A stretch of 64,000 nt of DNA from Eledone cirrhosa (GCA_964016885.1 OZ024741.1:124186001-124250000), one strand, 5' to 3'; positions 12,845 through 26,797 are shown, counted from the stretch's first letter. Program-made: numbers and translations. Notes: a model not told the origin generated them from the sequence alone.

Positions 12845-13500
12845 TATCTTCTTCACCCACTTATTTCTGAGAGGGTCGTTGGGATCGAGTCCTTCTCAAA
12901 CACTCCTTCCAGCGAGTCTGTCAGTAGCAAACATTAACTGATCCAGCTGGATCCCAAACTGAGACCAGCTAAGCTCATGGATGTTATCCAACTATCTTGT
13001 TCATGGTCTAACTCTGGGTCTCCTGTCGGTTAGTTTTACCTGTAAAATGTGTCCAGCGATTCTTTACTGAGACATTCTAACCACATGCTCATAATATCGG
13101 AGTTGTGATCTCTCAATTCGGAGAAGTAGCGGCTCTACCAGGAGTGACTCTCTGGTCTCTAAGCTATGCACTTTATCGAGTAACGTTACTCCAAAGACCC
13201 TTCGGAAGAATCCCATTTCTGTCGCTTTTATTTGTAATTGTATTCTTTTGGTCATTACTCAAGATTCATGAACCTCGGTAAAAGTTGGCAGGAATACCAT
13301 GAATACAGCGAGTTTGGCTTTTACACCTATCCCCTTCTTCTGATTGCTAAATGCTGAGGCTGACGCATTACTGCATCAGCTTTTGGAATTCTTGCACTTA
13401 ATTCAGCCTCCTGCATTCCATCACTCATGAACAGGTCTCCAAGATACTTGAACTTCTTTAACTGCTTCAGTAGAACTCCATTCACATGTATATACATTTT
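12845..13500 (-). pseudogene. RTE-clade LINE 3' fragment
   Basis: KFKYLG...ELSARIPKA and ATEMGFFRRVFGVTLLDKV...LLLRIERSQLRYYEHVVRM are typical RTE ORF C-terminal motifs; frameshifted. Confidence 0.85.
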
Positions 13501-13701
13501 AAGGACTTCTGTCCCCCCGTCCATCACACAATGTGTATGTGTGTTTATGTGAATGTATGTGTGTGTAAATGGAAGGAAAGGGATACACACATATATATGT
13601 CTAACTTAAAAACTGTGTCACACATACACACGTGTCTCTAATTTAAGAACGCCGACAAACTCACGTGCGCACACATACACATACTGTCCTATTACCACTC
13701 A

Positions 13702-14360
13702 AGAGCTTTGACCCGGGCGAACATCCCCTCAGTTTTGGAACCGTCTGGGTTTTCCTGAATTAATGGGAAAAGACTTTACGGACTTCCTCTGTGCTCCTGG
13801 TCAAGAGGCAGGTACCTTACCTGGGACGTCACAGTTAGTGATTCTTTTGCTTCTTCCCACATTGTGGATGCAGCGGTAAGGGCGAGAGCTACAGCATCTG
13901 CAGCTGAACGGAACACAATCCTAAAATACCGTGTTCTGTCAGCTAACTACATTATCCAGCCTGTGGCCTTCGAGAGGTTTGGGGGAGTCGGGCTACTGAC
14001 AGCGAGATTCTTATCTTCACTGGCGGCTCGCCAAACAGTGGTAACTGGTGATGCTCGTGAGAGCACTTGGTTGTGCCAGCACTTCAGTGTCACCTTCTTC
14101 CCAGGTAACGCTGCGAGCGTGATGGTCTACCTCAAAAATTATTAGAGAGGTTTCCCAGTGCTCCTCGCCATATTGCTATATTTTGCTCTGGTAGCGGCTC
14201 GTTTTTTCCACCCCTTTCGTCTGCATTTTGATTCATGGGGTCTAAGATGTGTGTATTATCTGCTTGTGTATTTTTCTCTTTCTTTTTTCCTTTCCCTTTC
14301 CTTTGTATATATTATATTTGTTAGTGTTTTCGTTCTGTAACAATTATATTAAATGAGTTA
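13702..14360 (+). pseudogene. CRE-clade non-LTR retrotransposon 3' end (restriction-like endonuclease domain and 3'UTR)
   Basis: RANIPSVLEPSGFS*INGKRLYGL...WSRGRYLTWDVTV...ASAAERN...KY...QPVAFERFG...TGDARE...GNAASV; the RPDG catalytic motif is decayed. Confidence 0.85.
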
Positions 14361-15176
14361 AATAAATAAAGAGTTAATAAATAAATAAAACGTTATACTT
14401 GTTCTACCCTCCCATTTCCAATTCACCGAACGCTGCTATCATGCCTGTATGTGTGTGTTTGTGTAAATGTATATGTGTGAATGTATGTATGTTTGTGTGA
14501 AAGTATGTGTGAATGTATTTGTGTGAATGTATGTGTATTTGTGTGATGTATGTCCGTGAGCGTGTATTTTTATAAGTTTGTGTTTGCGCGATTATAGTTA
14601 TATACTCATAATAATTATATACTCATACATATAGATGTATGTATGTGCACACTCATACGCGTCAGCGTATAGAAAGTCATAATCACTCAATCTCTCTCAT
14701 CACACACTTTCGCTTTCTATATATACGTTAGTTGAAGTGGTGGTGACGATATACCGGAAGTGTAGAAATTTGAAATTTTGAAAAGAAGTCAATTTCAAAT
14801 TATTTATGTAAACGAAATTTAGTAGATAAATTATGTAATATTCATTCATTATTTATTGAAAGTAATCCAACTTATTTTACTACCTGGATTAAAAGAAATA
14901 AACCGTACGCAGTCTCGCAGTTCTTACTTTATTATAGTTTAGATTCGATTCGTTTGAAATTATGCAAACGTTAGAGTTTGTAGTTCTGTTTACATGCCAA
15001 CACAAGAGCAAGAATGCCGGAGTCATTCTACTGACATGCGTAAGAGGTTGTTTGCATAATTGCAAAGGAATCGAATATTATTATTAATATTCGAAAATCT
15101 CAGAATTACATGTATGTGTATATTCATTCATATATATACACACACACAAACACACACACACACACATATATATATA

Positions 15177-15270
<94 letters not shown>

Positions 15271-15567
15271 AAATTTTGCATTAGAGATAAATATACACGT
15301 ACGTCTATATGTAAATGGGAACAGAAGACGTTGGGCTACTGACAGAAACATTGATACAGGCATGTTTTTTTTGTGGGTGCCAACTCCTCTTGAGTGTTTC
15401 CAATGTTAAGTAACTCCCAGTAAAGAGGCTATTGGCCAGAAATACAGTAGGACTCAAACAGCCACATAATGTTGAGTGGGAGTACCACAGGAAAAGAAAA
15501 GAAAATCTAAGGAAAAATTGTACTTTATATATATATATATGTATATATATATGTATATGTATATATG

Positions 15568-15668
<101 letters not shown>

Positions 15669-16289
15669 AACATATGCCTGTGTCAATGTGTCTGTAAGAA
15701 GCCCATCCTCTTCTATTCCCATCTACCTATAGACGTCCGTGTATATTTATCTCTAACGAAAATTTAACATATATTATCACAGTTCAAGATCAAATTATTA
15801 CTCATGTATTAAGATATCAAATAATAATAAAAAATATATTGGCAATAATACAGGATAACGGCGGAATTTGAGATAAAACCAATTTATAATATAAGATTTG
15901 TAAAAACTGAAGCAATGAAAAAAATAATCAGTGTATATTTCAAACATATTCGAGGTAATCTAAAGAATCACATAAGAATTATATAGGGATCGATTATTTT
16001 CAGACACAGACTTTGCAATTAGCTTCATATAAACTGAACTATCATATGATAGCAAGAGTGAATTTGTTAAATCATTAATTAAAAAAAGAATCTTTCGACA
16101 CATCGAACGAGGAGAAAAAAAAGCTGGCTGACTGGAATGTCTAACGTGTTTGGATACACGCCCGGGACAGACAGATTATTCTTCCTATATTAATGTATTT
16201 TGGCAAAAAGTCCGCCAGCATTCGCAATCGAGATTGTTAAAGGATGAAAGAAAGCGACCATATGTTTCTTTATAAATATGACAGAATTT

Positions 16290-16889
<600 letters not shown>

Positions 16890-18926
16890 TAATACTGTCA
16901 GCAGCAACACATCAACTTGACTGCCATTTCATCACTAGAGATTAAAAAACATAACCTCCAAAACAACATAATGTCCCTCATCAACAATCAGAGAAGAGCT
17001 GAAGAGGCCTGGGCCATTGAGAAGATCAAACTCAATCCCAAAGTGTTCTTTTCATTTGCAAAAAAACACAAAATCACTGGCTCTACTGTTGGCCCTCTAA
17101 TTGATGAAAATGGCACTCTTCAAGACAATGCTAAAACCATGGGTGAGATACTGCAGAAACAATACTGCTCTGTTTTCAGCAATCCTGATATGGCCGATCT
17201 GGGCTGTATCGGCGATGTTACTCCCCATTACACCTTATCGGACATAACGTTTGGCGCCCCTGATGTCTTGGCGGCAATAAAGGAAATCAAGCATAATTCA
17301 GCAGTAGGTCCCGATAGGTTCCCTGCTTGTGTCTTGAAGGCGTGTCAACACCAACTTGCTTCTCCTCTTGCCAATCTGTGGCGGAACTCACTGGATGCTG
17401 GATATGTGCCAGAAAACCTTCTATCCCAGTCTGTTGTCCCAGTTTTCAAAAAGGGAAACAAATCCCTTGCCGTGAATTACCGTCCAATCTCACTCACCTC
17501 TCATATCATTAAGGTATTTGAGCGAGTGGTGAGATCGCGAATGACCCACTTCCTTGAGAGTAACAATATGCTGAACTCCAACCAGCATGGATTCCGTAAT
17601 GGAAGGGATTGCCTGACGCAACTACTGCATCACTTTGATGACATTTTGAGAGCCTTGGGAGAGGGTTCCAACACTGATGTTATCTACCTTGATTTCAGCA
17701 AGGCCTTTGACAGGGTTGATCATAACATTCTACTGAGAAAGCTGTCCAATATTGGTGTCACTGGAAAGCTGCTGCAGTGGATCAAGAGCTTCCTGTCAAA
17801 CAGAACCCAACATGTTGTAGTTGAGGGAGTCAAATCAAGCCCAGCCAAAGTCAGTAGTGGAGTCCCACAAGGCACTGTGTTGGGCCCACTTCTCTTCATC
17901 ATCTATATTAATGACATCACTGACATCATCAAACACAGCAACATTAAAATTTTCGCTGATGATTCCAAGCTCCAAAAGGTCATCAATGGCGTGGATGACC
18001 GGATAAGCCTTCAGTCAGACCTACTGGCTGTTACCCAATGGGCAGAAAAGAACAACATGCTACTGAACGAAGACAAATTCGAACTGATCCACTTTGGAAA
18101 AGAGGATGCTCTGAAACTCCCGTACTCCCTTCCCTCCGGGGAAACTCTCGTGGCATCTAACAACATCAGAGACTTGGGAGTAACCGTGGACAGCAACATA
18201 AGCTGGACCACGCATATAAGCAGCAAAGTTGACATGGCCCGCAGAATGTGTTCCTGGATCCTCAGAACCTTCCAGTCGAGAGATTCCCGCACCATTATCC
18301 TTCTCTTCTCTACTTTCGCCCGACCACACCTTGAATACTGTTGTCCACTGTGGTCTCCCCACACGAAACAAAGTATCATGAAACTTGAAGCTCCTCAAAG
18401 GGCAATCACGAAAAAGATAGATGGCATGTCAGACCTTGACTACTGGGGTCGATTGGAAAACCTGAAACTTTACTCACTCCAACGTCGCCGTGAGCGTTAT
18501 ATTATCTGCATGATGTGGAAAATGTTCCATCATCACTGCCCAAATGATGTTGGCATCGCCTTCAAGATACACCCAAGGCTTGGGCCCCGTGCTATCCGTC
18601 CCATTCAAAAATCTAAATCGCAACTCATAACAACAATACGGCACAATTATTTCACCTCAATCGGCCCTGCTCTCTTCAACATCACACCAGGACACGTCAA
18701 AACAGAAACTGACCACACAAAATTCAAGAAGTCTTTGGACAAATTCCTCCAAGTAATCCCGGACAAACCACCCACACCCGGATATGTCTCCGCAAACAGT
18801 AATTCTCTTCTCGAATGGGCCATGGTGCCCAAATCCTGAATTGAAAGACTTCGCCAGGTGGTGCTATTAAGTTAGACATGGCCTGGGCCAATACTGGCCA
18901 AAACATTTCAAAGTTATTCAAAGTTA
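16890..18926 (+). mobile_element. 5'-truncated CR1-clade LINE
   Basis: RT ORF, short 3'UTR and a tandem tail (ttcaaagtta) x2; embedded in (TA)n. Confidence 0.9.
16917..18839 (+). CDS. CR1-like LINE ORF2 reverse transcriptase (endonuclease domain missing)
   Basis: [74 protein letters not shown]; no stop in 640 codons. Confidence 0.95.
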   Translation: MTAISSLEIKKHNLQNNIMSLINNQRRAEEAWAIEKIKLNPKVFFSFAKKHKITGSTVGPLIDENGTLQDNAKTMGEILQKQYCSVFSNPDMADLGCIGDVTPHYTLSDITFGAPDVLAAIKEIKHNSAVGPDRFPACVLKACQHQLASPLANLWRNSLDAGYVPENLLSQSVVPVFKKGNKSLAVNYRPISLTSHIIKVFERVVRSRMTHFLESNNMLNSNQHGFRNGRDCLTQLLHHFDDILRALGEGSNTDVIYLDFSKAFDRVDHNILLRKLSNIGVTGKLLQWIKSFLSNRTQHVVVEGVKSSPAKVSSGVPQGTVLGPLLFIIYINDITDIIKHSNIKIFADDSKLQKVINGVDDRISLQSDLLAVTQWAEKNNMLLNEDKFELIHFGKEDALKLPYSLPSGETLVASNNIRDLGVTVDSNISWTTHISSKVDMARRMCSWILRTFQSRDSRTIILLFSTFARPHLEYCCPLWSPHTKQSIMKLEAPQRAITKKIDGMSDLDYWGRLENLKLYSLQRRRERYIICMMWKMFHHHCPNDVGIAFKIHPRLGPRAIRPIQKSKSQLITTIRHNYFTSIGPALFNITPGHVKTETDHTKFKKSLDKFLQVIPDKPPTPGYVSANSNSLLEWAMVPKS

Positions 18927-19027
18927 CATATATACATATACATATGTATATATATGTGTATATATATATGTATATATATATGTGTATGTATAATATAAGA
19001 TCAAAAGATGGTTAAAGGAGTTCAATA

Positions 19028-19098
19028 TATTTTATTATGCGCATTTCAAAAACAAACATCATCAAACAATAATATTTGTGTTTTCATCAGATAAAACA
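19028..19098 (-). ncRNA. Mirror copy of the hammerhead motif at 19207-19277
   Basis: Reverse complement within the left arm of the inverted repeat. Confidence 0.85.
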
Positions 19099-19206
19099 GG
19101 AGAACATGATATGAAGGCTAAAAAAACACTTGTTGATAGTGCAGTTTTAAATCAACATAACTGCACTATCAACAAGTGTTTTTTTAGCCTTCATATCATG
19201 TTCTCC

Positions 19207-19277
19207 TGTTTTATCTGATGAAAACACAAATATTATTGTTTGATGATGTTTGTTTTTGAAATGCGCATAATAAAATA
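19207..19277 (+). ncRNA. Minimal type I hammerhead ribozyme motif
   Basis: tgttttat CUGAUGA aaacacaaatatta...tgatgtttgttttt GAAA tgcgca UA ataaaata; predicted cut after 19269. Confidence 0.85.
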
Positions 19278-20014
19278 TATTGAACTCCTTTAACCATCTT
19301 TTGATCTTATATTATGCATACTCCAGTCCCACAAACTGTAGAGTGCTTCTTATCCGATATCTGCATTGCTTTATTGTACTACAATAAAACTCACCTCCTA
19401 CATATATGTGTATGTATATATATGTGTGTGTGTGCGCGCGCGTGTGAGTGAGTGTTTGGGGTATAACAAACATGCAATATATATGAAATGAAGCTATCTA
19501 TCAACCTATCAAAACAAACATATTGATCTCTTTGATTAGATAAAACGTACCATTTTCCTTTAGTATATTTAAATATTAGCTTTAGCTGTTTTAAACACAT
19601 CTGCCCTCTTCGTTTCTCACACGCCAAACTTCGGTAATGTTTCTTGATTTGCGTATGTTGTTATTTTTTCTGAGAATCGTTAGAGCGCTGACATGAATGT
19701 CTCATGGTTCTTTCCGTATGGAATTCAAATCATGCTCAACCCACATTTGCCTTCTGCTTTCCGGATTCGATAAATGTGGAAAGAAATTCTCAGGAGAGGC
19801 AGATATGAGAGAGTCTTCAGATGTCTCAAGCAAGTGTTTTGGCCATTAACTTCTGACACCCTATGGAGGGGGCTGTATAAAAAAGTATCAATCATGTATA
19901 GGAAGCCGATTTAATCGATCATCCCATCACTCACATTGCTGGCACTTTGCTCAATTTAGAAACCACATGTCTATATGTGTGTATATATACACACACACAC
20001 ACATATATATATAT

Positions 20015-20399
20015 AGAAAGGTTTTTCTCAGTTTATGATTACACGATATTATTAATTCCTGTCGCTTATTTAATAGGATATCCTTAGATTTCATTATTTC
20101 AAAAAGTTCTTGGGAACACAATCTACATTCATATTTATTATTTTGATAAGGGGTGGCCCTTTTGAGCACACTCCAGGTCAGGTCATAATCTATATTCCTC
20201 TTTCTATAATTATTAATTATTTCAGCTAAAGATGTTGTATGCCGCATTAGCTAATACAACATCTTTAGCTGAAATAATTAATAATTATAGAAAGAGGATT
20301 ATAGATTATGACCTGACCTGGAGTGTGCTCAAAAGGGCCACCCCTTATCAAAATAATAGATATGAATGTAGATTGTGTTCCCAAGAACTTTTTGAAATA
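20015..20399. pseudogene. Fold-back fragment of a Naiad-type GIY-YIG C-terminus
   Basis: TSLAEII...LTWSVLKRATPY...CRLCSQE...LLNKRQELIISCNHK on the minus strand; 146-bp inverted arms at 20095-20240 and 20254-20399. Confidence 0.85.
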
Positions 20400-20604
20400 T
20401 ATATATATATATTTAGGTTTGAAGGTTCAACACTGGATAGAGCTGGTCATTCCGTATGGTCAATCTGATGTAATAATATGGAGAGTACTCAACGTAAAGC
20501 AGCTCAACCGTCTTCGTTTGTGTAGTTGGTGGTGTGAGTACGGAGTTAAATATTATAATAAAATAACAGGAGGCTGGACTTGTGTAAATCCTTGAAAGGT
20601 TTAT

Positions 20605-20664
20605 TATATTCTGATCATTTCAATGACCGCGTTCTGTAAGAATCCGGTGATATCATCAGGTATT
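20605..20664 (-). ncRNA. Decayed hammerhead motif
   Basis: CUGAUGA tatcaccg...cggtcatt GAAA tgatca, then GA instead of UH; partial inverted copy at about 20781-20815. Confidence 0.5.
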
Positions 20665-20964
20665 CGAAATATAATAAATGACTGTAACGACTTGAGGGCG
20701 ACCGGCTAAAGTGGAAGATGCTTGATGGTCGGTCGTCCTCGGGTCTATGATTTTCAGCCCCATGGATTTTATCTGTTACATTCATTTATTATATTTCGAA
20801 TACCTCATGATATCACAGTTATTTTATTATAATAATATATATATATATGTGCGTATGTATATATACTTATATATATATATATATTTATATATAAATGATA
20901 AGTATAAAAAGTATTGTAGCAAGAAGCCAACAGTATTCCATAATATATATATTTATATATATAT

Positions 20965-22125
20965 ATATATAAAACTGTAGTTATATGTGTGTGTGTGTCC
21001 TCATTTATGCAAAGGCTATACAAATCCATATTTCTACTCCGATTGACTTCAAACTTGTATTTATATATTCCTTGCGGTCTAAAGATATTAACTGCAGCTT
21101 TTATTTTTCAATTTTCTGTTGTTAAAGGGGTGTTAGACGCTGGTTATCCATCTCCGTCGTGCTCTTATATCTGTATGTGTGCCTGGCTGTCTGCATTACG
21201 ACATTCTGACGAACATTGATGACGTATTATGTTCGCTATTTTCCGTTCGTTTCCAGGGAACGTCTTCACGAACCAAAGTATCGTCTTCCTGTTTTCCTTC
21301 GGCTGCAACGTTTTTCGAAATATTTACTTCTGCGTTCACAGATTGATTTTTCTAGTTTCTGAAGATCCCGTTAAGGGACAAAGCAGCGATTCTTTGCTTA
21401 AACTTTAATCTGTTATTTTAATATATAATTTAACCGAGGCAAGCCAGCCCTGTTGCACTTCTTGCCAATAAACATTAACCGTTTGTGCGCCATTCATCTA
21501 ACTGTAGACCAACAGATACCAACTAAACGGAGCATTAACAAGAACGATTGCGAATGAATCTTTGAGGTAAGCAGTTTCCTCCCAAGCTGATAGTTCCCGC
21601 GGGATTCACTGCTACACCTTTTCGTAATAATACCGAACAACGTACTGCTGGTCACTCCTTCCTTCAAAAGCCGTACAAAGCGGACATCTGCATCGGGTAA
21701 ATGGATCGGGTGCAAATCTACACCAGGCCTACGCGAGAAATTCGCAAGGGACTGCACCAACAGGGATAGAGAGAAAGAGTAACTTAGTGGAAAGATTGCG
21801 AATGAACTTTTGAGGTAAGTAGCCTACCCCTTACTGCTATTACACTGGAACCTTCTGCCAACTTAACCCGTGAGTTTCTCTTTCACATTTACTCCAAAAG
21901 GCCAAAACAAAGGAGTATGGAAAGAAAGGGCTCAACAATATTTCTATGAACAATGCACGTAGACAGCTAAACTGTACTTTCAACTTTTTAATTTTCTCCA
22001 AATAAAACAAGTTTCCGGTCGGTATATTTTCGTGAGTTTTTAACAGGCACTTACAAATAAACGTTTCTCATTGGAGGTGCTATTACTAATGTTCTTACCC
22101 GTGCAATGCCGAGATACACTGTTAG
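20965..22125 (+). mobile_element. Non-autonomous Helitron-like element (family H2) with a nested P2 PLE terminus
   Basis: Head tatataaaactgtagtt and 3' cccgtgcaatgccgag...ttagt match 32630-33423. Confidence 0.7.
21354..21404 (+). ncRNA. Hammerhead motif, family P2, one core change
   Basis: agttt CUGAAGA tccc gttaa ggga CAAA gcag...ttgc UU aaact (G12C). Confidence 0.55.
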
Positions 22126-22143
22126 TATATTATATAAAAAGGA

Positions 22144-22188
22144 TTCTACAGGACTAGAACTGTTTCATTCCGGAGAAATCATCAGGAA
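22144..22188 (-). ncRNA. Type I hammerhead motif (family P4)
   Basis: ttc CUGAUGA tttc-tccg-gaat GAAA cag-ttctagtc-ctg UA gaa; decayed relative at about 50461-50503. Confidence 0.7.
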
Positions 22189-22303
22189 GTTCTAGTCCTG
22201 TAGAAGCCTTTCTATATTACATATTTATACTCTGCTTTGTATTGAGTACCTTCCTTACTGTGGTTACCCTGATTGAACCCGGGATAAACTTATATATATA
22301 TAT

Positions 22304-22627
22304 TTATTATAGATAGCGAGGAATCAGTGATGCATAAAAACACAATTTATTAACATATTACGTCTGTTTCTCCGACTAACAGTTTAAGGTAGGATCTATT
22401 ATAGATCGAATCTGCTTCTGGATTCGCAATATCCTCAGATATGTTTATCATTTTCAAGGCATTATTTCTTCCAACTAAAACGATAAACATGTCTGGGGAC
22501 CTTGTGAATCCAGAGTCAGGTTCGATCTATAATAGATTCTACCTTGATCTGTTCGTCGGAGAAACACATGTTATATGTTAACAAATTGTGTTTTGATGCA
22601 TCCCTGATTCCTCGTTATCTATAATAA
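22304..22627. repeat. Diverged inverted repeat of about 145 bp with an HHR-like motif (22352-22445, -)
   Basis: Arms 22304-22449 and 22482-22627; aacatat CUGAGGA ... GAAA cagacg UA atatgtt; the base of stem II does not pair cleanly. Confidence 0.7.
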
Positions 22628-22705
22628 TATACACTGCTCTGCACAAGCATCGAGTGCTCAAATGGCATACCGCCTACGGACGCATTTATTGCAACATTAC
22701 AGCAA

Positions 22706-22750
<45 letters not shown>

Positions 22751-23142
22751 TGTGTGTATATACATGTGTGTGCGTTTGCATATGTGTGTATATAGAAATG
22801 TGTATGTATATATATATATATACACATACATATGCGCGTATCTCTCTAAACATATTAGCACAGCAGTATATATATATATATATATACATATAACGTGTGT
22901 CCGTATTTGTGGTGAAGGATTAAATTTCTGTCTCGTTAATTATATAAACACAGGGATAGTATCTGATTTGTTTGTTTATTGGATGGTTCCTGATTTGTTT
23001 AAAAAAGGTCACTGATCAATGATATTGCGGGTCATGTTTTTATTCTAAATTTGGTATTTATACTGTCATAACAGCACTATTCTTATTGTTGTTTTTGTTG
23101 TTGATGTCGTCGTCGACGTCGTTGTTAATATTGTTATTGGAT

Positions 23143-24015
23143 TGGTGGATGGAGGAATCGTTAGTGAATTGGGCAATATACTTTGTTGTGTTTGTTACGG
23201 CATTTTATGTTTTAAGTTGAAATTCCGCCGATATTATATTCCCCTTTCATCCTTACGGTATCGATAAATTAAGTACCGGTAATGTACTGGGGTCAATTTA
23301 ATTAACTTCCCTCATCACTTCAAATTGTTAGCCATGTGGCAAAAAATAGAAGAAAAAAAAGAAAATATTAAGGGTAATGGATTTGAATTATCGGTAGAGC
23401 GTCGAACAATATGCTTTGCGGCATATATTTACGCTCTTTACTATCTGATTTCAAATCCCGCCGATGTTTGGTTTACGGAGTGGATAAAACAAGATACTAG
23501 TAACGCACTGGGGTCGTTTTATTCGACTTTATCCCTCCTTCATATTTATTGGCCTTGTACTTAAAGCAGAAACTATTATTATTATTATTTATCGACCTCA
23601 AAAGGGTAGTATCGGTAGAGGGTCGGCCGCCATGCTTTGCAGCATAGATTTACGCCCCTTTTATGATCCGAATTCAAATCCCGCCGAGGGCAACGTTGCC
23701 TTTCATCCTTAGGGGGTCGATAAAATAAAGTACCAGTCACGCACTGGGGTCGAATTAATTGAATTTCCACTCCTCCAAAATTGCTGGCCTTGTGCTTATA
23801 TAAGAAACTATTATTATTTATCGACCTTAAAAGGGCGGGGGATTGGCAGTATCGGTAGAGAGGCGGACACCATGCTTTGCAGCATACAGTTACGGTCCTT
23901 TACGATCTGAGTTCAAATCCCGACGAGGTTAACTTTGCCTATCATCCTTACGGTGTCGATAAAATAGACTTGCCCCTCCCCCAAAATTACTGGCCTTCTG
24001 CCTATATAAGAAACC
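23143..24015 (+). mobile_element. Four head-to-tail SINE family A copies
   Basis: Repeated gtatcggtagag...ttcaaatcccgccg...tcatcctta...tcgataaa near 23150, 23390, 23608 and 23849. Confidence 0.8.
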
Positions 24016-24514
24016 ATTATTTATTGACCTCAATGCCCGAAATCTTTCGTTGTCAATTATTTTTATATAATCATGACGTCCAGATTAAACATGTTTTTAC
24101 CCTATCCACAAAACAGAGAACAATATCTTCTCCAACTCATCAAAGGAGGGATTTGGTATGATCTTTGCCAGAAACTTGCCCAAAGGTTGCACCCGTCCTA
24201 CTCCAATAAATGATCGTCGTGTTGAGGCATTTATGGAATGCGTCAAGAAGGCTTAATGTGTTGTCCCTGCATCAGAACTAACTCCGATCACAGAACTTCT
24301 GTGGGGCATTAAACAGAACGAGTAAGGCTGTGTTCACAAGTGTTAACCATAACTGATAGCCTTTGGAGCATTGTCTTAAATCGATTGTGTTGATCCTACC
24401 GATCCCAGTGCGTATTTTGTTCACGATTGATACTTATTTAATTAAACACATTTTCGTTCAAAGTAATGGAATATTGACATAGACTCGAACATCAACATCC
24501 ATGCACGCACATAA

Positions 24515-24549
<35 letters not shown>

Positions 24550-24597
24550 ATATATATATTATATATATATAATATATATATAATATATATATAATAT

Positions 24598-24654
<57 letters not shown>

Positions 24655-24834
24655 TATATATATATATATAAAATATATATATATAAAATATATATATATA
24701 TATAAAATATATATATATATATAAAATATATATATATAAAATATATATATATATATAAAATATATATATATATATAAAATATATATATATAAAATATATA
24801 TATATATATAAAATATATATATATATATATATAT

Positions 24835-24915
<81 letters not shown>

Positions 24916-24917
<2 letters not shown>

Positions 24918-25192
24918 AGGCACGTGGCTTACTAGTAAGAGTGTTGGAGTTACGATCATAATGTCGTGGGTTCGATTCCTGGACTGCGTGTTGTGTTCCT
25001 GCGCAAAACACTTCATTTCACGTTGCTCCAGTATACTCAGCTGAAAATGAGTACCAGCAATAGCTGGAGGTTTAACCCTGCGATGGACTGGCATCCTGTC
25101 CAGGGGGGGAGTCTTGTAATCTCAGTCGCTTCACGCCATGAAACCGGGATAAGCACCAGCCAAATGAGCCTTCTGGCTTAAGACAGACTTTA
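24916..25192 (+). mobile_element. tRNA-derived SINE with Meta-like conserved central domain
   Basis: Head with GGTTCGATTCC; aaccctgcgatggactggcatcctgtccagggggg...agtcgcttca...gaaaccgg resembles the MetaSINE domain as I recall it. Internally deleted relative at 54630-54790. Confidence 0.65.
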
Positions 25193-25715
25193 TACTTTAG
25201 ATATATAGATATATAGATCGAGAGAGAGAGTTGGTGAGAGAGAAAGAGAGAGAGAGAGGGAAAGAGAGAGAGAGACCCTCTCATGAAAAATAATTCAATT
25301 GAATTTTGACCAACTGTTAAAATCTCACTGCCGCAACTACACAAAGAACAGCACGCATGGAAAATAATTATTCTAGATAAACACAGATATTCTCATTACA
25401 CAGAAATCATAATACTTTTTTCAAATTCAAATTTTTCAACATTTAATTTTTGACTTATTTTAACTTAATATTTTATGAGATGAATTTACTCATCAAAAAT
25501 AGTATTTTATAAAGCCCTCTTTTTAAAAAAAAGTTCACTCTGTCTGATTAATGAACGAAACAAACAAAGAAAAACCGATGCCTTAAATATACTTCCATAC
25601 TGCTTCCACTTTTTCTTTTTATATATAATCTTTGATTTGTATGGAACTTTATCACCCTTTTCAACTATATATGTGTATATATTTATGTATATTTATATAA
25701 AAGAAATAGGATTTC

Positions 25716-26020
25716 GCTGCAAGCATAGCTTTATACAATATGTATAAATATTTCGTATCTCCAAAGAAATACGATTTTAGGAAGCCGTAGCTATGCAAAC
25801 ACCGGGGTGCTAACGCCCTCTGGTGATGCCCAGCAGAAGCAAGGGGGACAACAGTCTATGCATTTCAGGTTTAACTGGCCATCGGCAGGCCGGTCCCTCC
25901 CACCGCTTGCGTCTGCTGGACTAGAAGACAGGCGAGAATATATAGTTTTCTCTTCTGTGTAAATGAGGTGATTAATCTCATTTGCATATGAAGCTGCATA
26001 AGTTGGCTCAACTTATAATA
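25716..26020 (+). mobile_element. Unclassified 305-bp insertion with 17-bp TSD
   Basis: aaaagaaataggatttc at 25699-25715 and 26021-26037. Confidence 0.6.
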
Positions 26021-26797
26021 AAAAGAAATAGGATTTCTGCCTCCTCATGAAATAGATGATTATTCCACAAAAATGTATAACCTTAGAGTAATTATCAGAG
26101 AGGTTCAGGCAACACATTATGTGATATGGCAAGTTTCGTATCTTACAGGTACAGACCTTCTGACGGATTTCAAAATGGCTTTGGTCTATCTAGATTCACT
26201 CACAATGCCATGAGTCAAACATTGGCTATCTTAAATGTCGTAGATGCATCACAGTGAGAATGAACTCGGAACCTAATGATTACCAAGCAAATTTGTTAAC
26301 CTTTTAGCCATGTTGAATCAACCAACTATATCAAATGTATCCTTAAATTCGGTAGTCTATCACTTTAAATGCACACTTGCCTGACTCTATTCATGAGTGG
26401 ACACTTCAGTGAAAATACATAAACTATGATATCCTTATATGTTTCATTATTGGCAGTATCCATACTTTGCAGCATAGAGTTACGACCCTTTATAATCTGA
26501 GTTCAAATCCCGCCGAGGTTGAACCTTGCCTTTCATCCTTACGGAGTAGATAAAATAAGTACCAGTAATACACTAGGGTATTTGCTGGCATTTTGCCAAA
26601 AGTAGAAACAATTATTATTTTAGTAAAGATTGATTAGAAAATTCATTGTATATGCAGCAGTGTATTCTGTGTAACATTCATAGCGTTATTACTTGTTAAG
26701 TTCACAACAGATGCCGATTTTATTGCAAATAGGTAGCATGCTGTACGAATATTTCTTCCAACACTTTACATTCTGAGTAGTGGCCTACTTGTATAAT

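Larger units (their letters stand above)
12729..14944 (-). mobile_element. Non-autonomous Helitron-like element (family H1) containing RTE and CRE fragments
   Basis: 5' head (a)tctaaactataataaag at 14944 and 3' hairpin cagaaaaccgc..gcggtttttctgCTAG at 12729-12765. Both match the + copy at 56822-58250. Confidence 0.65.
18990..19315. repeat. 157-bp inverted repeat with 12-nt spacer (PLE terminus, family P3)
   Basis: Arms 18990-19146 and 19159-19315 appear exactly complementary. Confidence 0.95.
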
